11,140 bases of DNA. Origin: Fibrobacterota bacterium. GTDB lineage: Bacteria; Fibrobacterota; Fibrobacteria; UBA11236. Shown piece after piece: positions 5,552 through 11,140 of this stretch. The DNA lies in contig JAYUVP010000326.1 of NCBI GenBank assembly GCA_043753995.1, positions 1-11,140 on the forward strand. Reading direction: 5' to 3'. Within the stretch, counting starts at the first letter, position 1, and each line of letters begins with the position of its first letter. A program made the position numbers and the translations under genes. Below the pieces are notes generated by a model, which did not search any database, had not been told where the DNA came from, and worked only from the letters and a program-made list of their open reading frames with translations.

Positions 5552-8500
5552 ATGAATCGCTTATCCTTCTCTTATAAAAATTGGCTGACTTGGCCCGTTC
5601 TCATCTTGGTCGCTTTTTGCGTGTGGATGTGCAATACCACCGAAACCATCAAGGAGGGACGCCTAACCCTCAACTTGCCCGATTCTCTGACGGTGGAATA
5701 TGGCAAGTATGATTCCTTGACCATTAGCATCCTTGACACCAATGGCATTCCCTTGGTGGTCGACGCCTATAAGGGCACCTTTCGTCAAGGTCAAAAGCAA
5801 ATCACCGACATTCCCTTGGGTGATAATCCTCCCGAGTCTTTTCACATTGAAATTCGTGGATATAAAAACAAAGTCTTGATCGAAACCCTCAAAATCACCG
5901 CAACGCCTCAAGGCGCCTCAGCCATAATCTCAGCGGTCAAAACGAAAAGCAATCCCCTATCCATTCGACTTTCCAAACCCAGCTTAAGCCTCTTTGCCGG
6001 TGGTGACACGGCCACCCTCTTTGCCACGGTTTTACCTGACACCGCCGACACTCGTGTCATTTGGTCGTCGAGTAATGCCTTGGTGGCTTCGGTGCAAAAT
6101 GGCAAGATTCAAACCGGAGTTGCCGGAAATGCCGTCATCACCGTCAAGTCCTATGCCCTAGCCTCCTTGGTGGACTCCACCGTTATTCAGGTGATGGCAC
6201 GGACCAACCCACAAGACACCGTGATTATTCCTCCGAAGGATACCACGATTATTCCACCGCGAGATACCACACGCCCTCCCCTACCGGCTCTGAGAGTTTC
6301 CGTAGGTCCCGCACAAAGCGTCGCCTTTGGGGCCAAGGTTCTATTCCCTATTAGCATAGAGCCAGATACCCTTGGAATTGACTCTATCGTTTGGGATTTC
6401 GAAGGGGACGGCATCCTTGATGGAAAATCCACCTTTCGCCAAGCCTTGGTTGAGAAAATCTATCCCTCTATAAAACGTGAGTACAATGCGAAATTCAAGG
6501 TCGCCGACAAGCATGGCCGATTCGACAGTGTCCTAGTTCGTGTGCGAGTAGGCATAGGCGGGCCTCTCATTCTCATCACCAGCCCCAAACGTGATACCAC
6601 CGTTTCCAATCCCAATTTCACCGTAACCTATACTCTGGATTCATTGGCAAAATCCAAGGCCTTTGTTTTAGTGGATGGCCGCAACCCTCTCCCCATTATT
6701 GAAACCAATGCCATTGGTAGCGACACCGTGATTGTTTATGTCAGCTTGGATTCGACACCCCCAGTGTCGCCTGTTTTTACTGTCACGGATACGCTGACAA
6801 GTAATAAGCAGCCCCAATGGACTTGGCGCTCAGGTGGCGGAGGTAAGGGTACCTATGAAGTCCAGCTCGATAGCACCCCGTCCTTCATTTTGATTGCGGA
6901 AAAATTCCAGTCTGCCGCCCCTCTTGCCGATGGCATTCACACGCTTAAGTTAAGGGAAGTCGATTCCGTCGGCAATTGGTCTAAGCCCATTTCGCGTAGA
7001 ATCACCGTCAAATCAACCGGTTCTCCTGCACCTGTTTTCGTTCTCGCCCAAACCACGACAAGCCCCACAAATAGCGCTCGCCCCAAATGGACTTGGTCCA
7101 GCGGTGGTGGCAATGGCACCTTCAAATGGAGCCTAAACACAACTCCCGCGACTTCCGGTGAAGACCTGAGCACCACCTTCACCCCATCCACGATCTTGCC
7201 CGATGGCTCATATACCATGACCGTTCAGGAAAGAGATATAGTTGGCAATCTCTCGAATCCCGCTACGCATGAAATCGTGATTCAAACCACCGGCCCTTTG
7301 GCACCCAGGGTGACAGGGACTGCCGTATTGACCCGCACAACGCCTTCTTGGTCCTGGACTGGGACCGGGCGCACCGGAGCGAGATTTCGCATTCGCCTCT
7401 TTAAGGGGACCAGTGTTATACCGAGTGACAGTGTCGAAAGCGTGGCCTTGACCTATACCCCCAGCGCTTCCCTTATTGCTGGCTCGGACAATATCGCCTA
7501 TACCCTCAGGGTGATGGAACAGGATGCCCTGGGAAATTGGGGCGGCGATGGCAATGCCGTGGTCACGGTTGACAATGTGGCTCCAGGAAATCCCGTTTTT
7601 TCTGCTCAACCCCCGACCATAGTGAATCAAGCCGACACCCGCACCAGCTTGCAGTGGACATGGACCCGTACCGGCGCGGTCACCGACACCTTTGTGATAC
7701 GCATGAATGGCAGGGAGGTGGCCCGCCAAACATCCAATACTTACAGTCTCAATACCTTTCCCGATTCAACCTATACCCTGGACGTCACGGAAATCGATCT
7801 CGCTGGCAATGCTTCTACCTTGGTTGCAGCAACACCTGTTCTGGTGGACAAAACCGGTCCGGCGACTCCAGCAATCCCGGTGAGCCCAACGCCAACACGC
7901 GATAATACTCCAACCTGGACTTGGGCTTCCGCTGGAGGCAATGGCCAATTCCGTTATCGTATAGCCAATAATGGCCCACCGACCGGAGCGGAAACGGACA
8001 TCAATGCCCTCACCTATACCCCGCTTACTGGCCTTGGGGATGGCAGTTGGAATTTTCAAGTGAGAGAACGCGATGCGGCGGGAAATTGGAGCGCTTGGTC
8101 ACCGATTTCGGTGGTTGTTCTTAAAGCCGCGCAACCCTTGGCTCCGACCGTCACGCGCAATGCGGCGATTAGCAATGCCCCTCGTTGGTCTTGGTCCGGA
8201 ACAGCCGGAGCCACCTTCCGATATCGCTGGGCGGGAGACGTGAACTATATCGGGGAAGGCACCGGTACCAGCTTTGCCCCAACCGGAAGCGCAGTCACGG
8301 ATGGCGCAAGAACGGTTTGCGTTTCTGAGCGTGATGTGATTGGATATGGTCCCGAGGGGGCCTGCCAGACCATTACCGTCGACCGAATCAACCCGACCTT
8401 CACCGTGACAAGCGATACGACAGCGGCCACTATGGTGACTTCGATTAACCCAACCTTTAGTGGAACAGTGAGTGATGCCAACTTTAGCCATGTCGCATGC

Positions 8501-9439
8501 CAGGTGGGCACAGGCGCTCCGACCAATGCCACGGTCACCGGATCGAATTGGAGTTGTAGCCCTAATATTGCCGATGGCGATCCTGTCATCTCCATTACTG
8601 CTTATGATTTGGCTGGAAATAGCGTCTTGGCCAACCGATTCACTTTGCACAAGCGTGGGAGGGTGGTTTTTGTAAGGAAGGGTGCTATTGGAAAGATGAA
8701 TGGAACATCCTGGACGGATGCCTATGCAAACGCCGGAGATGTTTTACATACAGACATAACTTTTTCAAGTTCAACCCAGCTTTGGATTGCCAAGGGTACT
8801 TATGGTCCTGGAACAGGATTAAGCTCGCTTTACTTTCGAAATAACTTGGCAATCATTGGAGGATTTGCAGGATTTGAAGCCGATACTTCAGCAAGAAATT
8901 TTGGGAATAATCCAACTATTTTTGAAACGACCGAATCTGGAGTGACCACACTAACAAAATATTTTAGCGAAAACGTTAACAATCTTTTTATGTCAGATAT
9001 TGAAATTAAAACAGGTTATTCGGGTATTTCTATAACTAACGTGAACAAGGCTCTATTCAATCGATTAACCATTTCTGGACACACCATATCTTATGCCTTG
9101 ATTTGGGTCACAAATTCACACCTATTGCTAAGTAACTCAACGATTGAAGCGAACCAAGTGGCCAATGGCGGGATTCGTGCCGAACAACTGAGCCTAGTGC
9201 TTTTATCAAACACAAAAGTGATTAACAATAGTCGAGGTGGAAGAATAATGCTGAGTGGGAGCGCAACCGTATGCGCGGATAATTCAACGGTCATCGAAGG
9301 CAACGGTGCCGCCGAAGAAAGTGAGCTCAACGTTGAAAACGGTGGTAACGGAGAATTTCAGTATGACGCGAGCGTGAGTATAAATACACTCACAATTGAA
9401 GGCCCAAGCAAACAGGTCTCGGCATGCCCCTCTCTCTAA
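5552..9439 (+). CDS. Giant multi-domain surface (lipo)protein/adhesin, 1295 aa: Big_2 + PKD-like + Ig-like repeats + C-terminal right-handed beta-helix
   Basis: Hydrophobic N-terminus ending in Cys (LILVAFCVWMC, non-canonical lipobox). Big_2-type domain (SLSLFAGGDTATLFATVLP...VIWSSSNALVASVQNGKI...GNAVITV). PKD-like WDFEGDGILD. Seven ~90-aa Ig-like repeats ending in DG-Y-T...E-x-D-x-x-GN-like motifs. C-terminal VFVRKGA...NGTSWTDAY...LWIAKGTY, typical of the cap of DUF1565/pectin-lyase-like beta-helices. Confidence 0.92.
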   Translation: MNRLSFSYKNWLTWPVLILVAFCVWMCNTTETIKEGRLTLNLPDSLTVEYGKYDSLTISILDTNGIPLVVDAYKGTFRQGQKQITDIPLGDNPPESFHIEIRGYKNKVLIETLKITATPQGASAIISAVKTKSNPLSIRLSKPSLSLFAGGDTATLFATVLPDTADTRVIWSSSNALVASVQNGKIQTGVAGNAVITVKSYALASLVDSTVIQVMARTNPQDTVIIPPKDTTIIPPRDTTRPPLPALRVSVGPAQSVAFGAKVLFPISIEPDTLGIDSIVWDFEGDGILDGKSTFRQALVEKIYPSIKREYNAKFKVADKHGRFDSVLVRVRVGIGGPLILITSPKRDTTVSNPNFTVTYTLDSLAKSKAFVLVDGRNPLPIIETNAIGSDTVIVYVSLDSTPPVSPVFTVTDTLTSNKQPQWTWRSGGGGKGTYEVQLDSTPSFILIAEKFQSAAPLADGIHTLKLREVDSVGNWSKPISRRITVKSTGSPAPVFVLAQTTTSPTNSARPKWTWSSGGGNGTFKWSLNTTPATSGEDLSTTFTPSTILPDGSYTMTVQERDIVGNLSNPATHEIVIQTTGPLAPRVTGTAVLTRTTPSWSWTGTGRTGARFRIRLFKGTSVIPSDSVESVALTYTPSASLIAGSDNIAYTLRVMEQDALGNWGGDGNAVVTVDNVAPGNPVFSAQPPTIVNQADTRTSLQWTWTRTGAVTDTFVIRMNGREVARQTSNTYSLNTFPDSTYTLDVTEIDLAGNASTLVAATPVLVDKTGPATPAIPVSPTPTRDNTPTWTWASAGGNGQFRYRIANNGPPTGAETDINALTYTPLTGLGDGSWNFQVRERDAAGNWSAWSPISVVVLKAAQPLAPTVTRNAAISNAPRWSWSGTAGATFRYRWAGDVNYIGEGTGTSFAPTGSAVTDGARTVCVSERDVIGYGPEGACQTITVDRINPTFTVTSDTTAATMVTSINPTFSGTVSDANFSHVACQVGTGAPTNATVTGSNWSCSPNIADGDPVISITAYDLAGNSVLANRFTLHKRGRVVFVRKGAIGKMNGTSWTDAYANAGDVLHTDITFSSSTQLWIAKGTYGPGTGLSSLYFRNNLAIIGGFAGFEADTSARNFGNNPTIFETTESGVTTLTKYFSENVNNLFMSDIEIKTGYSGISITNVNKALFNRLTISGHTISYALIWVTNSHLLLSNSTIEANQVANGGIRAEQLSLVLLSNTKVINNSRGGRIMLSGSATVCADNSTVIEGNGAAEESELNVENGGNGEFQYDASVSINTLTIEGPSKQVSACPSL
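6215..6280 (+). repeat. Degenerate 24-bp coding tandem repeat (about 2.7 copies) encoding a DT-x-IIPP linker
   Basis: gacaccgtgattattcctccgaag / gataccacgattattccaccgcga / gataccacacgccctccc, encoding DTVIIPPK-DTTIIPPR-DTTRPP. Confidence 0.8.
6749..8647 (+). repeat. Seven tandem Ig-like protein repeats (~87-96 aa each)
   Basis: Units begin at about 6749, 7010, 7283, 7571, 7847, 8123 and 8381. The first six contain W-[TS]-W (QWTW, KWTW, SWSW, QWTW, TWTW, RWSW) and E-x-D-x-x-G (EVDSVGN, ERDIVGN, EQDALGN, EIDLAGN, ERDAAGN, ERDVIGY). The seventh has PTFSGT...AYDLAGN. Confidence 0.85.
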
Positions 9440-9507
9440 AAAATGGGGTGCATACAATTCCAAGATTCATTATCTCCCCTCGGGCAAAGATGTCCAATTT
9501 CTTAAAT

Positions 9508-9527
9508 CGTTCCCTGGGTGGGGAACG
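9508..9527. repeat. Short GC-rich hairpin in the convergent intergenic region
   Basis: cgttccc-tgggtg-gggaacg, a 7-bp perfect stem with no adjacent U-tract on the + strand. Confidence 0.45.
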
Positions 9528-9763
9528 CTGTGACCCTAACCTGAAACCTCGGGATTGTGCCCTTCTTGTCTTTTGTTGATGTTATTGATCACGAACCAGG
9601 CAACTCCGGTATTGAAGTTTTTCCGATTAGGGTTAGGTCTCGCACGCTATATTTTTTCAGCTCATTTTTCTCGCGCTCATATCCAGTTCGGGTCCAATCC
9701 CGCTTGCGCCGCGACTTCAAGCATATATATCGGGGTTACGTAGAGGTCAGCCTGGGCGGTATG

Positions 9764-9790
9764 AAAAGGGCGGAAGAAGTCCCGCCTTTT
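9764..9790. terminator. Probable bidirectional intrinsic terminator
   Basis: aaaagggcgg-aagaagtc-ccgcctttt: a GC stem flanked by an A4 run and a T4 run, between convergent genes. Confidence 0.55.
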
Positions 9791-9809
9791 AGAAGTAAAA
9801 GCAAACCCC

Positions 9810-9851
9810 AAATAAGGCCAGCCGCCCTTTAATTCGGTCAGGAGGCTGGCC
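9810..9851 (-). terminator. Possible terminator/3'-UTR hairpin of the minus-strand propeller gene
   Basis: ggccagcc (9816-9823) and ggctggcc (9844-9851) form an 8-bp perfect stem 11 nt after the stop at 9863, followed on the minus strand by ttattt. The loop is long (20 nt). Confidence 0.4.
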
Positions 9852-9862
9852 GGGATTGATGA

Positions 9863-11140
9863 CTAATGGACCTGGACTCTTTCGCTGAAAGAGCCGCCTT
9901 CGCCCCGCCCCACAATCACGTATAGGCCAGAAGGAAGGGTTTGGCTCTCGAAGCGGGTAGGGCCAGTTCCGGTGGTCTGGGAGATGCGCGAGCCGTCCAG
10001 GCGGAGCAATTCGATCTTCCAGGGCCCAGTAAGCGGCACATTCATAGAGACACGACCAATATGCAGTGAGCCATGAATACGCCGCGCGAATGAGGCCATG
10101 GGACCCGCGAGCGCCACCGAGGAGGGGTTCACCGAATTCAAGGTGTAATATCCCACATTCGTCCAAAGATCACCTCCGGTAGCGCTCTTCAGTGCGGTTC
10201 CGGCGGTGATAGTGTACATGCGTTTGGTTGCGAGACTGCTCAGCTTGAGGGTCACATGCTTTCCATCTTCGCTGAGAGTGGCGGAAGTAACCGGCACCCC
10301 AATATTGTTGTCATCGCTTCTGAGATCGCCACCATATTGATGGACCGGGGTATAAACCGTGGTCTTCACGTTCCAAGTAGAGATTTGCCCGGCCGCCGCG
10401 GCAGCAGGCTCCGAGAACTCGATATCAAATCCCTCCTTCACCGAACGGATTGCGATAATATCAAATGGAGCCGTATTGGTGGGTGTCAGGAGATTCAGTC
10501 CGCGGCAAGTGTTTTGCCAAGACCAATTGCCCGATCCACCCATACCACAAGCGGCTGGGCCCCCGCCGATACCTGCCACAAGAAGGGAACCCGAAGGCGT
10601 GTTTAGGAATTGATGGACGCCGAATTGAATACCGCCTCCACCCATTTTTTGAGTCATGAAGGTGAATGCGGCACCCTGCCATTCGCCGTTCACTTTTTCC
10701 ACAAAAGTCCTGAGAATATCACCGTGATAGACATCGCCGAATATCATCTGGCCCGCATAGGGGCCGGCTTTCAATAAGATGGGTCGGGTGGGACTTTTGC
10801 TGAAGTTGTCGGCATGGGGCAGCCAAACGGCCGGTGGAAAAACGGGATCCTGGGGGCAATTGTCCTGGGCAACATTGTCAGGCGTAAGGCCGCAATCGTT
10901 ATTTTTTGAGGTACGGTACCCATAAAAGCGCCCCTGTTTCGGAGGCGGGGTTGTGGGAGTGGGAACGTGATACATCATGTTCGCGGGCTTCCAATCACCC
11001 TCATTATCGGTAAGGAAAATTTCACCTTCCGGCCCTTGGCCGATGCCATCGGTATTCCGCATGCCCCGGGCGTATTGAGTAAAGCCGCTGCCATCAAAGG
11101 ATACCTTGATCAAAGCGCCACGTTCCCTGAAATCATCATC
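9863..11140 (-). CDS. Secreted beta-propeller protein (glucose/sorbosone dehydrogenase-like fold) with Ig-like domain and T9SS-CTD-like tail; 5'-truncated (>425 aa)
   Basis: The frame is open to the right edge (DDDFRERGALIKVSFDGS...), so TTG 11113 is probably not the true start. Motifs YARGMRNTDGIGQGPEGEIFLTDNEGDW, GRFYG, PPAVWLP and GPYAGQMIFGD match sorbosone-dehydrogenase-like propellers. These are followed by a beta-sandwich (GFDIEFSEP...ATLSEDGKHVTLKL...YYTLN) and the tail KIELLRLDGSRI...LPSGLYVIVGR...FSERVQVH. Confidence 0.85.
   Translation of the reverse strand, partial: DDDFRERGALIKVSFDGSGFTQYARGMRNTDGIGQGPEGEIFLTDNEGDWKPANMMYHVPTPTTPPPKQGRFYGYRTSKNNDCGLTPDNVAQDNCPQDPVFPPAVWLPHADNFSKSPTRPILLKAGPYAGQMIFGDVYHGDILRTFVEKVNGEWQGAAFTFMTQKMGGGGIQFGVHQFLNTPSGSLLVAGIGGGPAACGMGGSGNWSWQNTCRGLNLLTPTNTAPFDIIAIRSVKEGFDIEFSEPAAAAAGQISTWNVKTTVYTPVHQYGGDLRSDDNNIGVPVTSATLSEDGKHVTLKLSSLATKRMYTITAGTALKSATGGDLWTNVGYYTLNSVNPSSVALAGPMASFARRIHGSLHIGRVSMNVPLTGPWKIELLRLDGSRISQTTGTGPTRFESQTLPSGLYVIVGRGEGGSFSERVQVH

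Noticed and set aside
5663..9330. Numerous antisense or alternate-frame ORFs inside the 1295-aa gene (e.g. 7208-7729, 8099-8650)
   Set aside because: Expected shadows of a long GC-rich gene with biased codon use; no independent coding signal.
9555..9832. ORFs 9555-9743 and 9557-9832 in the intergenic gap
   Set aside because: Non-ATG starts without a clear RBS, non-protein-like composition, and the longer one runs through the terminator-like hairpin.
8650..9860. Diversity-generating retroelement variable/template repeat pair at the adhesin tip
   Set aside because: I found no near-duplicate of the 3' end differing at adenines, and there is no reverse transcriptase in the window.
9789..10682. 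Small ORFs overlapping the propeller gene
   Set aside because: They are antisense or alternate-frame shadows of the 9863-11140 gene.
1..11140. CRISPR array, tRNA/rRNA, IS element or prophage genes
   Set aside because: No regularly spaced nucleotide repeats, cloverleaf, or transposase/integrase motifs were seen; the only repeats are coding repeats and short hairpins.

Overview
An 11.1-kb window that most likely comes from an FCB-group bacterium, probably Fibrobacterota. This is inferred from protein style: a T9SS-CTD-like tail, Asp-Ser/Thr-rich lipoproteins and a TPR + giant Ig-repeat lipoprotein pair. It holds three units. (1) A leftward minus-strand operon (4651 to <1) encodes a Cys-rich ORF and a 277-aa ORF that look like one gene split by a -1 frameshift at an A5 run, then a 410-aa beta-propeller-like lipoprotein. 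It ends in a >753-aa protein missing from the ORF track (2260 to <1, ATGA-coupled) with a hydrophobic helical hairpin, so the whole resembles a toxin/immunity cassette. (2) A divergent plus-strand pair encodes a secreted TPR-like protein with a C-terminal membrane helix and a 1295-aa surface lipoprotein (Big_2, PKD-like, seven Ig-like repeats in an ABC-ABC-D pattern, AT-rich beta-helix tip). (3) The 3' part of a convergent secreted beta-propeller (sugar/sorbosone-dehydrogenase-like) protein with a T9SS-like C-terminal tail. I saw no rRNA, tRNA, CRISPR array or transposase. All functional calls come from reading motifs by eye, without database searches.
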